64,000 bases of DNA from Candidatus Moraniibacteriota bacterium. GTDB lineage: Bacteria > Patescibacteriota > Minisyncoccia > Moranbacterales > UBA1568. The notes beneath the pieces were generated by a model. It was not told where the DNA came from and did no database searches. It saw only the letters and a list, made by a program, of their open reading frames with translations. The DNA lies in assembly GCA_052035095.1 (NCBI GenBank), contig JBPOHW010000005.1, positions 30,269 through 94,268 of the forward strand. The letters are read 5' to 3'. Below are positions 54,713 to 64,000 of this stretch, in pieces (position 1 is the stretch's first letter; the number at the start of each line of letters is the position of its first letter). Both the position numbers and the translations under genes were made by a program.

Positions 54713-56404
54713 TTATACTCCCCCGAGCGACGACTCTTCCTCGGCCTCTTTTAAAACCTGCGGCTGTTTTAAGACGCGAGAAACAATGAAGCGCCACACT
54801 TGTTCAAGCTCCTCAATCTTCAGAATCCACGCGGAAGCAATAAAAGCCGCGATACCAAAAAGTCCGGCAAGTACCAACTCAAGAAACACTTCGACAAACG
54901 TATCAAGCTCGACATTGCCGAGTCCGAAAAAAAACTTCACCGACTGCACGGCGAGAAGCGCGCACAGAGAGGCGAGTACCATCTTGGACACCGCCGTAAA
55001 GAAAGACTGGTCGCTCCATACTCCGACTCGCTTTCGCAGAAAGAAAAAGAGGAGAAGCGCATTTACAATGCTCGCAACAGAGAAGGAAAGCGCGAGCGAA
55101 AGGGGTCCCCATGCCTCTATATATGCGACCAACACGGCTATATGAATCACCTCCGAAAAAAGGGCGAGAAAGAGCGGCGTCTTGGTGTCTTGAAGTGAAA
55201 AGAATGCCCTCGCGAAGAGAGGAATCAAACTCTGCGCGAACAGACTCGCGGAGAGGATGCCCAGAATTTCAAAAGTAAGCGTCGTATCCTCCCAATCAAA
55301 CGCTCCCGTCCCCAAAATGACGCGGACAATCTGCGCGCGGAGCGCTATTATCATAAAACTTGCCGGGAGCACAAAAAACAAAACTTGTCGCGATGTTTTG
55401 ATCAGTATTTCCAAAAACCGGCGGCGATCATCCTTGGCGACAAATCCGGAAAGCGCCGGAAAGGCGGCAAGTGAGAAAGCAACACCAAAGAGTCCCAAAG
55501 GGACACTTTGAATATTATTGGCGAGCGTGAAGGCGGCAAGCGTCCCCGGCGCCAAGAAGGAGGCGAACATCGTCACTACGAGAAAACTCACCTGACCCAC
55601 CGCGATACCGAGGGATCGTGGCACCATCAGACGGATAACTCGCCACACTTCTCTATTTGCACAAGAAAACGCGCCGAATGAAATTCGAAAGCCCGCTTTT
55701 CGGACGCTCGGATACTGAACAAGCGCGTGAAGCGCCGTCCCGAGCACTACGCCGATCGCGAGTCCCGAAGGACCGAAGAACTTCGAGAAAAATACAGCGC
55801 CGAGAATTATGCCGACATTGTAGAAGAGCGGAGCGAGTGAAAAAACAATGAAATTTCGAAACGATACCAAAACACTCCCAAAAACAGCGCTCATACCGAG
55901 AAAAATCGGTCCGATGAGCATAATCCGCATAAGATTCATGGAGAGCTCTTGTTTCTCGGAAGAAAATCCGGAAACGATGAAGTTCATAATCGGCTCCGCA
56001 AAAACAAAAGCGAGAAGCGCCGTGCAACCCAAGACGCATACAACCAGCACAAAAACGCCGCTCGCCAAATCCCACGCGGATCGCCCTCCGTTCCTTTCGC
56101 GAAGCTCCGTAAATACGGGAACAAAAGCCGCCGAAAGAGCACCGGCGACAAGAAGCCCGTAAAGAAAATCCGGGATGCGAAAGGCGGCATAGTAGGCATC
56201 GAGCACATCGCCCGCGCCAAATGTCCCCGCAAGAATGCGGTCCCGAACAAATCCCAGCAGTCGACTCGCCACCCCAAAGAGAGCGATCACGAGCGCCGCG
56301 CCCCCCACCGTCGTGTTTTCCCTTCCGTGAAACATCGAGCAGGTGCGTGAAAACATTCGACAAAGAATCCCCCTCATACAAAAGTCAAGAAAACCAAAAA
56401 GCAA
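54713..56404 (-). CDS. murJ: Lipid II flippase MurJ (MviN)
   Basis: LGFVRDRILAGTFGAGDVLDAYYAAFRIPDFLYGLL MurJ N-terminal signature and about 14 TM helices. The true start is probably an internal Met near 56335. Confidence 0.8.
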   Translation of the reverse strand: MLFGFLDFCMRGILCRMFSRTCSMFHGRENTTVGGAALVIALFGVASRLLGFVRDRILAGTFGAGDVLDAYYAAFRIPDFLYGLLVAGALSAAFVPVFTELRERNGGRSAWDLASGVFVLVVCVLGCTALLAFVFAEPIMNFIVSGFSSEKQELSMNLMRIMLIGPIFLGMSAVFGSVLVSFRNFIVFSLAPLFYNVGIILGAVFFSKFFGPSGLAIGVVLGTALHALVQYPSVRKAGFRISFGAFSCANREVWRVIRLMVPRSLGIAVGQVSFLVVTMFASFLAPGTLAAFTLANNIQSVPLGLFGVAFSLAAFPALSGFVAKDDRRRFLEILIKTSRQVLFFVLPASFMIIALRAQIVRVILGTGAFDWEDTTLTFEILGILSASLFAQSLIPLFARAFFSLQDTKTPLFLALFSEVIHIAVLVAYIEAWGPLSLALSFSVASIVNALLLFFFLRKRVGVWSDQSFFTAVSKMVLASLCALLAVQSVKFFFGLGNVELDTFVEVFLELVLAGLFGIAAFIASAWILKIEELEQVWRFIVSRVLKQPQVLKEAEEESSLGGV

Positions 56405-56413
56405 CGATATTTT

Positions 56414-58726
56414 TCAAGGTTTCTCGGAAAAAAGAAGCCCAACGAAACGGTCGAATACCAGATCGGTTTTCAGACACCGTCCACCGTCACACGGTATCAG
56501 ATTCTCGTCCGATTGCCAAACAGAACGGAAGCGATCCGGAAACGACACACGCAAGGACAGCGCGCTCCCTCGCGATCCGGATTGCTTCTGAAAAACCATC
56601 GAATACGCATCGAGGGAATTTTCAAAACTTCCGGGATCCACGCGGAACGGGAGAAGATACGTATAGGTCACCGTCACCGTTTCTCCGGGACTCACATAGA
56701 CCCAGTTTCCAAAGACCGTTTTGCCTGAATCTTCGGAAATGCGCGTTCCGGAAGTGGGATCAATACGCGTTCCATTTTCCTCGCGCGCGACATCGGGATC
56801 TCGAGAAAATCGAAGCGCCGAATAATCAAGTGGCGGCAAAACCGTTTCCCGCGTGTGCCCGTCGGCCGACAAGAGAACCGATCCGAGCGGTACATACACC
56901 CGCATATAGTCGGCATTCACCTTGTCCCACCACTCTCGTCCCGTGTTTCCCCCGCGATGCGTCCGCTGTATCACGATCGTATCAATGATACTGCCATCAC
57001 CCTGAATATCCGCTCGGTGGGTAATCGCTTCATCGAGAATGCCGTCCGTTTTGTATCCGTTAATATTCGAATGAATGACACTCGCGTAATCGCGACTCGC
57101 GAAAAGCACCTCCCCCGACCAGCCGACATCGGAAATAAGGCGTTGCATATCGGCATTTCGCGAATAAAACAGGATGTGCTTCTCGGAAAGTCCCGACTCG
57201 ATCGAGGCAAGCGCTTTCCCGAAGGCTCCGGGCGGCGCCTCCTCGCCAAAAACGCGTTCAAGCACTATCGGCGCCAAGTCGGAGAGAATTTGCTTGGGTT
57301 TGTTTTCTTTTTTGTCATACGCCACCTCGACTTGATACTGTATGGTTTCCAGAAAATTCTGCTCGTCAACAGTCGCTCCGTATTTTTCCATCGCGATGGG
57401 TCCCGTAATCGAAAGAAATCGCTTCAACACTTCCGGCGTAAAAGCAATGACGCCATCAACCGTCGGACCGCCGGTCTTCTCATAGAAGTGAATCGCCTTC
57501 TCGGCAGAGAGAGGAAAATCCGGAAACCAATTGCTGTCATGAAGGCTCCACCCCGCGCTAATTTTTTGAATGGGAAGCGGTGGAACGATATCCTCGTGAA
57601 TCTGCCCGTCGGGATTAAAGATGCCGTCCACAAAAAATTTCCGCACACGTCCGTTATTCACATCAAGGAAAGCATAGCTTCCGATAAAACCGCCGGTCGC
57701 CCGCAACTCTTGATTGTTTTGAAAGAGGAAGAGAAATTTTCTCGAACCGTTTCCGCCCAACATATCCGAAAAAATATCGCCATGCTCGAGAAAAAGCCGT
57801 AAACCCGAAATCGCTTCCGGCAAAGCTGTTTTGAGCTGAAGAAATTTGGCACGCTTGTCTTCGGGAAGATCGGAAACCGCTACTTTTCCGAGATTCCCCG
57901 CCGCCAAGGAAAGGAGTCGCTCGGCTTCCGCCGCGTCGGCGCGCACCGATCGAAACACATCAAGAAACGAAATATTTTCGCCGTTTTCCAGAGGATTCCC
58001 CAGCGAAGCGATACGGCTTCCGATTCTCGAAAATATTTCACCCGCGATCGCGATATCGGACGCCGCGTCAAGGAGATATTTCCCCGAAGAAAGTCGGGAG
58101 ACGAACGGGATGAACTGCGCCACATCGAACATTGATTCATTCCATCCGTCAAAAAAATCGGAAGCGGTCGAAAATGAAACGGAAGCTTCTCGAAAGAGGC
58201 GTCCGGACGATTCGAAATCTCGCCGCTTCGCTTCCTCAATCGCCTGAGAAATTTCTCCATATCCTTCGGTACTCGCGCCAAGCACTCGCGCTTTCATATC
58301 CATTCCTTTTTCAAAAAGCCGAACGCCAAACCACGCGGATCCGAGCAAGAAAAAAGCGAGCGCGATCGCCACCCCGTAACGTTTCCCGTTTCCCTCTTCC
58401 GAAAAAAACGAACACCGAGAAGCGAGTGCAAACCACCAGGAAGCCAAACGATCTCGAAAAGAAGTTTGTAAAAACACCGAGCGATCCGAAATCGAATCGC
58501 GCGAAACATCTGTCACAAGTTCAGGGTGTTCTTCTTTCTCGGGTTCAAATGAAGAAATGGGAGAGAAAGAGGCGATCGGTGAAAAAGTCTTTTGCTCCTC
58601 TTGAGGCGACTTTGGTTTCGAAGCATCGGAAAACTCGGGCGGCAAACTCACTCTTTTTCGCACCGAACGAATATCCGTCATCCGACGGATCGGTTTCTTT
58701 TGAAAAGAAGTCGGGGAAGCGCGCAT
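56414..58726 (-). CDS. DUF4012 domain-containing envelope protein
   Basis: 770 aa with a TM anchor and KFLFLFQNNQELRATGGFIGSYAFLDVNNGRV (the hallmark NN.ELR.TGGFIGS motif of DUF4012). Sits among glycosyltransferase and flippase genes. Confidence 0.6.
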   Translation of the reverse strand: MRASPTSFQKKPIRRMTDIRSVRKRVSLPPEFSDASKPKSPQEEQKTFSPIASFSPISSFEPEKEEHPELVTDVSRDSISDRSVFLQTSFRDRLASWWFALASRCSFFSEEGNGKRYGVAIALAFFLLGSAWFGVRLFEKGMDMKARVLGASTEGYGEISQAIEEAKRRDFESSGRLFREASVSFSTASDFFDGWNESMFDVAQFIPFVSRLSSGKYLLDAASDIAIAGEIFSRIGSRIASLGNPLENGENISFLDVFRSVRADAAEAERLLSLAAGNLGKVAVSDLPEDKRAKFLQLKTALPEAISGLRLFLEHGDIFSDMLGGNGSRKFLFLFQNNQELRATGGFIGSYAFLDVNNGRVRKFFVDGIFNPDGQIHEDIVPPLPIQKISAGWSLHDSNWFPDFPLSAEKAIHFYEKTGGPTVDGVIAFTPEVLKRFLSITGPIAMEKYGATVDEQNFLETIQYQVEVAYDKKENKPKQILSDLAPIVLERVFGEEAPPGAFGKALASIESGLSEKHILFYSRNADMQRLISDVGWSGEVLFASRDYASVIHSNINGYKTDGILDEAITHRADIQGDGSIIDTIVIQRTHRGGNTGREWWDKVNADYMRVYVPLGSVLLSADGHTRETVLPPLDYSALRFSRDPDVAREENGTRIDPTSGTRISEDSGKTVFGNWVYVSPGETVTVTYTYLLPFRVDPGSFENSLDAYSMVFQKQSGSRGSALSLRVSFPDRFRSVWQSDENLIPCDGGRCLKTDLVFDRFVGLLFSEKP

Positions 58727-58738
58727 GATATTGCCAAT

Positions 58739-59902
58739 TTATGATTTCATTCCGGCTTCGCGATATACATCAAGTGTTTTTTGTCCCATAACCTCCCAAG
58801 AAAAAGTCGAGGCACGCTCGTATCCCTTGTGACGAAAATGTTCCCGAAGCGACTCATCATTCCAGAGTGAGAGAAGTGCGTTTCGGAGCGCGCCAGGTCG
58901 AGCGGGATCAAAAAATAAGGCGGCATCGCCGAGCACCTCCGGAAATGCGGCGGACGAGGCGGCGAGAACCGGCGACCCCTTCGTCATCGCCTCAAGAGGC
59001 GGAAGCCCGAAGCCTTCGTAGAGCGACGGAAAAACCGAGAGACGCGCGTACCGATAGAGCGCATCGAGTTCCTCATCCGAAACGATACCCGCAAATATCA
59101 CGGACGAAAGTCCCTTCGATCGCGCGAATTTCGCCAAGCGTCGATAAAAATAGTCATCCCGACCAACCAAAACAATCCGCGCCTCACGATCCGGAAAATT
59201 CATAAATGCGAGAAGAAGCGCCTCGAGATTTTTGTGTGGATACGCGTTTCCCACATAGAGCGCGTACGGTCTTAGTATACCACGGGACGCCCTCGTCGAT
59301 TCGGAAATCGTCAAGCCGAGCCGCTGGAAAAGTTCAGCTCTTCGCGATCGCGGCAGCAGAAAACAAAACGGATGCGTCGCCTCGTACGTGACGGAAATTT
59401 TGTCGGCGGGAAGCACGTATCGGTTGAGAATATCGCGTTTGGTATATTCCGAAACCGTAATGACACGCTTGGAGCGTGAAAGCGCGTTTCGAATGACGAA
59501 GCGATACGCGAGAAATTTCAGCTTATAGAAAAAGGGGCTGAGGGTCGTCGCGCGAAGCGTCGGAAAACGCAAGAGTATGAGATCGTGCACCGTCACCACA
59601 AAAGGACGTCGATAGAAAATCGGCACATTGAAGTGCGGAAAATGTACGAGATCGCACCGTTCCCGAAAGAGCGTTCGAGGAAACAAAAATTGCTCCTCAA
59701 ATGAATACCATCGAAAATCCGCGAGCACCTTCCGAAATCGCGGATTCTTGGGTTCGTACTGATCGAAATTTTCCCGACGAAGGAATACGACATAGTCATT
59801 CTCCGTATCAAGCGCCTCAAGAGTTCGGATCAACTCCGTCGTATACCGCCCGAGCCCCTTCCCCAGCGGCCCATAAAACCGCGCGTCAATGCCGATGTTC
59901 AT
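58739..59902 (-). CDS. Glycosyltransferase family 1 (GT4-type)
   Basis: EGFGLPPLEAMTKGSPVLAASSAAFPEVLGDAALFFD. The start is placed at MNIGIDARFYGP (ATG 59900-59902). Confidence 0.8.
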   Translation of the reverse strand: MNIGIDARFYGPLGKGLGRYTTELIRTLEALDTENDYVVFLRRENFDQYEPKNPRFRKVLADFRWYSFEEQFLFPRTLFRERCDLVHFPHFNVPIFYRRPFVVTVHDLILLRFPTLRATTLSPFFYKLKFLAYRFVIRNALSRSKRVITVSEYTKRDILNRYVLPADKISVTYEATHPFCFLLPRSRRAELFQRLGLTISESTRASRGILRPYALYVGNAYPHKNLEALLLAFMNFPDREARIVLVGRDDYFYRRLAKFARSKGLSSVIFAGIVSDEELDALYRYARLSVFPSLYEGFGLPPLEAMTKGSPVLAASSAAFPEVLGDAALFFDPARPGALRNALLSLWNDESLREHFRHKGYERASTFSWEVMGQKTLDVYREAGMKS

Positions 59903-59907
59903 AAAAT

Positions 59908-60612
59908 CTATTCCCCTTTCTTCCCTTCTTTTTTCTTGGCTTCGATGTGTTCCTGCTCGATCGAGTAGAGGAAGAGCGCTTGCGCGGCGAGCGCTTTGAA
60001 AATTTCCGGATCTTCGATAACACCGTTCTTTTTTCGAAGCACGATAAAGGCGAGGCATCCTTTCATTCGTTTCGAGGAACGAATGATGACATACTCCCCT
60101 TCACGTAACACCGTTTCGTTTCGCTTGGCAAGCTCGGAATATTTAAGTACCGGACATCGTTTTCCGCGAACATCGAATTTTTTGGCGACATTTCCCGAGC
60201 GAACATCCACGACGCACAAGAAAAACGTATCCGTTTTCCCGAGAAGCGAGAGCGCCTCCAGGATGGATTCATAGAGCTCCGTAAGTCGTTCCGGCGTGAC
60301 GGACGACGTCTCCGGAAGCCCCAGGGCGATATTTTTGACGATCTCCATTTTGCGATTGATTTCCGCGATATAGGAATACGAATCGGCGAGATCGCGGGAA
60401 ACTCGAGAAGCTTCTTTTTGGATTTTCACTTTTTCGCGAAGCTGGAAACGAAGCTGATTCTCTTTCCACAAATAAATCAGCAATCCAATCGCCCCCACGA
60501 AGAAAATAAGGATGGATTCTTGATCATCCTCCAAAAGAAAGAGTCGGTCGCCGCTCACAACTTTCGGTATGATGACAATAAGAACAAAAAGAGAAAGGTA
60601 GATCCAGTACAT
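59908..60612 (-). CDS. Membrane-anchored hypothetical protein
   Basis: Two N-terminal TM helices, then a roughly 170-aa cytoplasmic domain with no recognisable motif. Confidence 0.4.
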   Translation of the reverse strand: MYWIYLSLFVLIVIIPKVVSGDRLFLLEDDQESILIFFVGAIGLLIYLWKENQLRFQLREKVKIQKEASRVSRDLADSYSYIAEINRKMEIVKNIALGLPETSSVTPERLTELYESILEALSLLGKTDTFFLCVVDVRSGNVAKKFDVRGKRCPVLKYSELAKRNETVLREGEYVIIRSSKRMKGCLAFIVLRKKNGVIEDPEIFKALAAQALFLYSIEQEHIEAKKKEGKKGE

Positions 60613-60625
60613 GATTGATATAATT

Positions 60626-60773
60626 TAGGACTTACGCGTTTGAGTGCAGTTCGAGGAAAATGCGAGGAACGGAATGAATTGTTTGGGAAACAATTCATTG
60701 TATGCGCCATACAGTGTCCCCGCCGAGGCGGGGGAGCATTTGACGAAGAAATGCGCCAAACGCGTAAGTCCTA
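60626..60773. repeat. Copy B of the terminal-inverted-repeat element (17-bp perfect TIRs, TA-flanked), with an extra internal palindrome
   Basis: TAGGACTTACGCGTTTGAGTGCAGTTCGAGGAAAATGCGAGGAACGGAATGAATTGTTTGGGAAACAATTCATTGTATGCGCCATACAGTGTCCCCGCCGAGGCGGGGGAGCATTTGACGAAGAAATGCGCCAAACGCGTAAGTCCTA. Sits between the galU stop and the next gene. Confidence 0.75.
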
Positions 60774-60777
60774 ATCG

Positions 60778-61656
60778 TTAAAGATCAAGTTTTTTTAAGT
60801 ATTCACGAAGACGCGATCCGGTTTCGGGATGCTTGAGACCGAAATGAACGGTTGTCTTGAGGAAGTTGAATTTATCGCCCGTATCGAACCACTCTCCTTC
60901 AAGAAGGCGCCCATGAATCGGCTTTCCCTCGCGGAGCATACGGTTAAAGGCGTCAACCAATCGTATCTCTCCCGATTCTCCTTCGGTCATCGTCGAAAGC
61001 GTCCGGAAGACATCGTACGTCAAAATATACTTTCCGGGCGCGACCACGGTACTCGGCGCCTCCTCAACGCTCGGCTTCTCCACGATGGCGCGAACGCGAA
61101 TATCGCGATCATTCAAGAAGTCTCCCGCGACCACGCCAAACTTTGACACTTCTTCGCGCGGAATATCCGTCAGTCCGATAATCGGTGTCTGATATTCATA
61201 GTATGCCTCCATAAGCTGGGCGGATGCCGGCGTCCCGCTGTCATAAATACAGTCGCCAAAAATAACAAGAACACTTTCATCATCGTCCACCAAATGCGAT
61301 GCCTGAAAAAGCGCGTGCCCATCTCCCAGAGGAATCGGTTGCCGGACATAGGAAAACTTCGCAAGCCCTGAAATCTTTTGCACCGCCTCGAGAAGATCGA
61401 GCTTGTTTTTCTCAACGAGCGTATCTTCAAGTTCATACGACACATCGAAATGATCTTCGATCGCGCGCTTGCCGCGCCCCGTCACGAAAATGATTTCCTC
61501 AATGCCGGACGCAATCGCCTCTTCAACCAAATACTGCACCACCGGCTTGTCAACGATCGGGAGCATCTCTTTCGGTTGCGCCTTCGTCGCCGGCAAAAAC
61601 CTCGTCCCAAACCCCGCGACCGGCAATATCGCCTTCTTGATTTTTGTGTGTTTCAT
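60778..61656 (-). CDS. galU: UTP--glucose-1-phosphate uridylyltransferase (GalU)
   Basis: KAILPVAGFGTRFLPATKAQPKEMLPIVDKPVVQY is the nucleotidyltransferase signature of GalU. Confidence 0.85.
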   Translation of the reverse strand: MKHTKIKKAILPVAGFGTRFLPATKAQPKEMLPIVDKPVVQYLVEEAIASGIEEIIFVTGRGKRAIEDHFDVSYELEDTLVEKNKLDLLEAVQKISGLAKFSYVRQPIPLGDGHALFQASHLVDDDESVLVIFGDCIYDSGTPASAQLMEAYYEYQTPIIGLTDIPREEVSKFGVVAGDFLNDRDIRVRAIVEKPSVEEAPSTVVAPGKYILTYDVFRTLSTMTEGESGEIRLVDAFNRMLREGKPIHGRLLEGEWFDTGDKFNFLKTTVHFGLKHPETGSRLREYLKKLDL

Positions 61657-61681
61657 AAGTTTTCTCTTGCAAAATCAAGAT

Positions 61682-61930
61682 TTACAAAATCCCAGAAACA
61701 ATGAAAAAAATAGCCACGAAAAATAATAGCACCGAGATAGAAACTCTATATCTTCTTTTATCAATATCACCGTAGAAGGAATCAGAAAAAAACACACTCC
61801 ACCAAAATCCACCACCAAGAAAAAATTTCTTCACTCTCGCCCAAAATGATTGAGACAGAAAGAAAAGTAGCAATGAGAAAAAACAAAGAGATCCTCCGAT
61901 AACCAACGAAACAATCTTAAAACTATTCAT
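61682..61930 (-). CDS. Small membrane protein (hypothetical)
   Basis: 82 aa with two predicted TM helices. Confidence 0.35.
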   Translation of the reverse strand: MNSFKIVSLVIGGSLCFFSLLLFFLSQSFWARVKKFFLGGGFWWSVFFSDSFYGDIDKRRYRVSISVLLFFVAIFFIVSGIL

Positions 61931-61963
61931 ATAATTTCATAATTCAAAGAAAGATTACCGCAC

Positions 61964-63208
61964 TTATCGATACAAGGGAAACTTCTTACAGAGTGCCGAC
62001 ACTTCTTTGCGAAGTGACTTCAAAATTTTTGCGTCGCCTTTTGAGCGGAGCGTCGCGTCCATCCACCCGGCGATTTTCTTCACTTCTTTTTCCTTCATAC
62101 CGCGCGTCGTAAGCGCGGGAACGCCGATACGGATGCCGGAGGGATCCATGGGACTGCGCGCGTCATCGGGAATGACGTTCTTGTTGAGCGTGATACCGAT
62201 TGCGTCGAGGAGCGTTTCCGCCTCTTTCCCGCCGATACCGAGCGTCCCGAAAACATCCACCAAAATCATATGATTGTCCGTTCCGCCGAAAAGAATCGCG
62301 TACCCGCGGCTCCGGAACTCCCCCTCGAGCATCCGCGCGTTTTTCAAAATTTGCGCCGCGTATTTTTTGAACGGAGGTCGAAGCGCCTCCTGAAACGCCA
62401 CCGCTTTCGCCGCGATGATATTCATATGGGGTCCTCCTTGTATTCCAGGGAACACCGCTTTGTCAATGTCCTTCGCAAACTTTTCGCGACACAGGATCAT
62501 CCCGCCTCGAGGACCGCGCAGCGTCTTGTGTGTCGTCGTTGTCACGACATCAAAGTACTCGACCGGGTTGGGCACGACGCCGCCCGCGACAAGCCCCGCG
62601 ATATGCGCCATATCCATCATCGTGATCGCGCCCACCTTCTTCCCGATCGCAGTGAATTTTTTGTAATCGATCTGACGCGTGTACGAAGAAAATCCCGCAA
62701 GCAACAATTTCGGCTTTTCTTTCTGCGCGAGCGAGAGCAATTTCGCGTAATCAATAGTTCCGTCCGCTTCCGTCTTGTACCGGACGAATCGGAACACCTT
62801 TGAAGAGAACGTCACCGGATGTCCGTGCGTCAAGTGCCCTCCGTGTGAAAGATCCATCCCGAGTATCGTATCCCCGGGCGCGAGGAGCGCCGCGTAGGCG
62901 GACATATTCGCCGAGGCGCCCGAAAGCAACTGAACATTCGCGTGTTCCGCCCCGAAGAGTTTCTTCGCTCGCTCGATCGCGAGCGTCTCCACGATATCGG
63001 TAAACTGTTGCCCGCCATAGTAGCGACGCCCCGGATACCCCTCGGAATACTTGTTGGTAAAAACCGTCCCCAAGGCCTCAATAACCGCGGGAGAAGCGTA
63101 GTTTTCCGACGCAATCATTTCAAGTCCTTCCTCCTGTCGATTCATCTCCCCCATTATCGCCGCCATCACCTTCCCATCCGTCTTTTTGACCGCCGCATAT
63201 CGAAACAT
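61964..63208 (-). CDS. glyA: Serine hydroxymethyltransferase
   Basis: LEMIASENYASPAVIEALGTVFTNKYSEGYPGRRYYGG and the PLP-lysine region (TTTTHKTLRGPRGG). Confidence 0.9.
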   Translation of the reverse strand: MFRYAAVKKTDGKVMAAIMGEMNRQEEGLEMIASENYASPAVIEALGTVFTNKYSEGYPGRRYYGGQQFTDIVETLAIERAKKLFGAEHANVQLLSGASANMSAYAALLAPGDTILGMDLSHGGHLTHGHPVTFSSKVFRFVRYKTEADGTIDYAKLLSLAQKEKPKLLLAGFSSYTRQIDYKKFTAIGKKVGAITMMDMAHIAGLVAGGVVPNPVEYFDVVTTTTHKTLRGPRGGMILCREKFAKDIDKAVFPGIQGGPHMNIIAAKAVAFQEALRPPFKKYAAQILKNARMLEGEFRSRGYAILFGGTDNHMILVDVFGTLGIGGKEAETLLDAIGITLNKNVIPDDARSPMDPSGIRIGVPALTTRGMKEKEVKKIAGWMDATLRSKGDAKILKSLRKEVSALCKKFPLYR

Positions 63209-63699
63209 AGTCTCTGTGTCTCAAAGGTTACGCGTGTCCCCAGAGTATACCAAAGTGTCCAGAAAAATCCAGGATATGTATGCGTTCACCAATATTTCCA
63301 TTCCCTCATCAAAAAAAATGAAAAAACCCATCACCTTTCGGAAATGGGCATAACACAGAATAAAATTTCACCGACACCGACGATTGAGAATACTGTTCGC
63401 TCTCGCCCAGTGATCCGTTGGATATCCCTTCCTCTCGAGACCAAGGAGGCGGAGGAAGCATCTCGCATATTCCTTGGGATACTCCTCGCGGCAAATCGTA
63501 AGACCGCGGCAGAATTCTTCAATCGCCATACGCATCCCTCCCGTATTCATAAAAGGAATGGCGACAAAGAACATGTCAAGACATCCATTTATCACAAGGC
63601 GATGACCTACAGAGAGCGTGTTCATATCGAATTCCTCGCCCGTTTTCGGGCTTTGAAACTTCGGGTTTCCCTTGTTAAAAAACGAGTTCCCTCTCCGCT

Positions 63700-63740
63700 A
63701 GGAATCTAACAAAAAACAGGGAAAGAATCAATATTCTTTC
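63700..63740 (-). terminator. Rho-independent terminator downstream of ndk
   Basis: Minus strand: GGGAAAGAAT-ATTG-ATTCTTTCCC, a perfect 10-bp stem followed by TGTTTTTTGTT. Confidence 0.6.
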
Positions 63741-63778
63741 CCTGCCCTCTTGCAGTTGAAATTCTCGAACGAAGGGCG

Positions 63779-64000
63779 CTACTCCACAATCCCGTCCAGG
63801 TTCACATCGTAGAGAATCGCCTCCTGAATGTGCCGGTATGACAAAAGCTCACTCGGTGAAAACCAAATCGGAATCTCTTTCTCGGCTTCCGAGGGCTCGC
63901 CCGAAGCATGGATGAGGTTCCTGATAGAGCGGCTATCGGCATCGGCAAGACCGTAGGAATCAATCGTGAAGTCCCCACGAATCGTCCCGACATCGCTCCC
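63779..64000 (-). CDS. ndk: Nucleoside diphosphate kinase, C-terminal part (N-terminus beyond window end)
   Basis: Manual minus-strand translation: ...GSDVGTIRGDFTIDSYGLADADSRSIRNLIHASGEPSEAEKEIPIWFSPSELLSYRH...IVE*. It matches the Ndk TIRGDF and NxxHGSD(S) region and the WF C-terminus. Not in the ORF track (no start in window). Confidence 0.7.
   Translation of the reverse strand, partial: GSDVGTIRGDFTIDSYGLADADSRSIRNLIHASGEPSEAEKEIPIWFSPSELLSYRHIQEAILYDVNLDGIVE

Noticed and set aside
63368-63625. 85-aa minus-strand ORF in the glyA-ndk gap as a confident CDS
   Set aside because: No motif, overlapping alternative ORFs in other frames and no clear RBS. Reported only as a possibility in the findings.

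Overview
This is a 64-kb chromosomal segment from a GC-rich (roughly 55-60% by eye) bacterium. Gene content and architecture suggest an uncultivated, small-genome lineage, possibly Patescibacteria/CPR-like, but that is inference only. About 50 genes sit almost uninterrupted on the minus strand. Plus-strand exceptions are a diguanylate cyclase pair, a CsoR operon, an RRM protein, an M23 peptidase and tRNA-Arg.

Recognisable content:
- **Cell division and wall cluster:** mraZ-rsmH-ftsL-ftsI-murF, with MraZ-box repeats upstream of mraZ.
- **Shape and peptidoglycan genes:** mreBCD, a second class-B PBP, MurJ, MltG, an L,D-transpeptidase, an LCP protein, a DUF4012 protein, an O-antigen-ligase-like protein, GalU and five glycosyltransferases.
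- **dTMP synthesis:** folA-thyA-dcd.
- **Translation and related genes:** LysRS, LepA, GreA, GlyA, a partial Ndk, thioredoxin, YjbQ and an EncFtn-like ferritin.
- **Signalling:** a histidine kinase and an orphan receiver domain.
- **tRNAs:** tRNA-Ser(GCT) and tRNA-Arg(CCG).

The most unusual region is an AT-rich island at about 39.4-45.9 kb. It encodes a GAD-less bacterial-type AspRS that is translationally coupled to a protein with an unmistakable glutamyl-tRNA-reductase (HemA) N-terminal half fused to a class-IIb aminoacyl-tRNA-synthetase-like catalytic core (no anticodon-binding domain). A HIT-like protein lies downstream and a PurD-like ATP-grasp ligase upstream, and a second, archaeal-type AspRS lies elsewhere in the window. 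I could not map this architecture to any described system.

Other notable items:
- **Metal operon:** a CsoR operator, CsoR, a MerT/HMA-like membrane protein and a 40-aa metallothionein-like peptide with 11 cysteines that the ORF track missed.
- **Repeat families:** three non-coding repeat families with compensatory stem changes between copies, plus AT-rich repeats inside operons and in-frame insertions in an O-antigen-ligase-like gene and in lepA.
- **Second AT-rich island (28.5-31.9 kb):** flanked by G-rich palindromic/tandem repeats and carrying a frameshifted atypical ABC exporter and a DUF559 endonuclease.

No CRISPR array, rRNA, transposase or integrase was seen.
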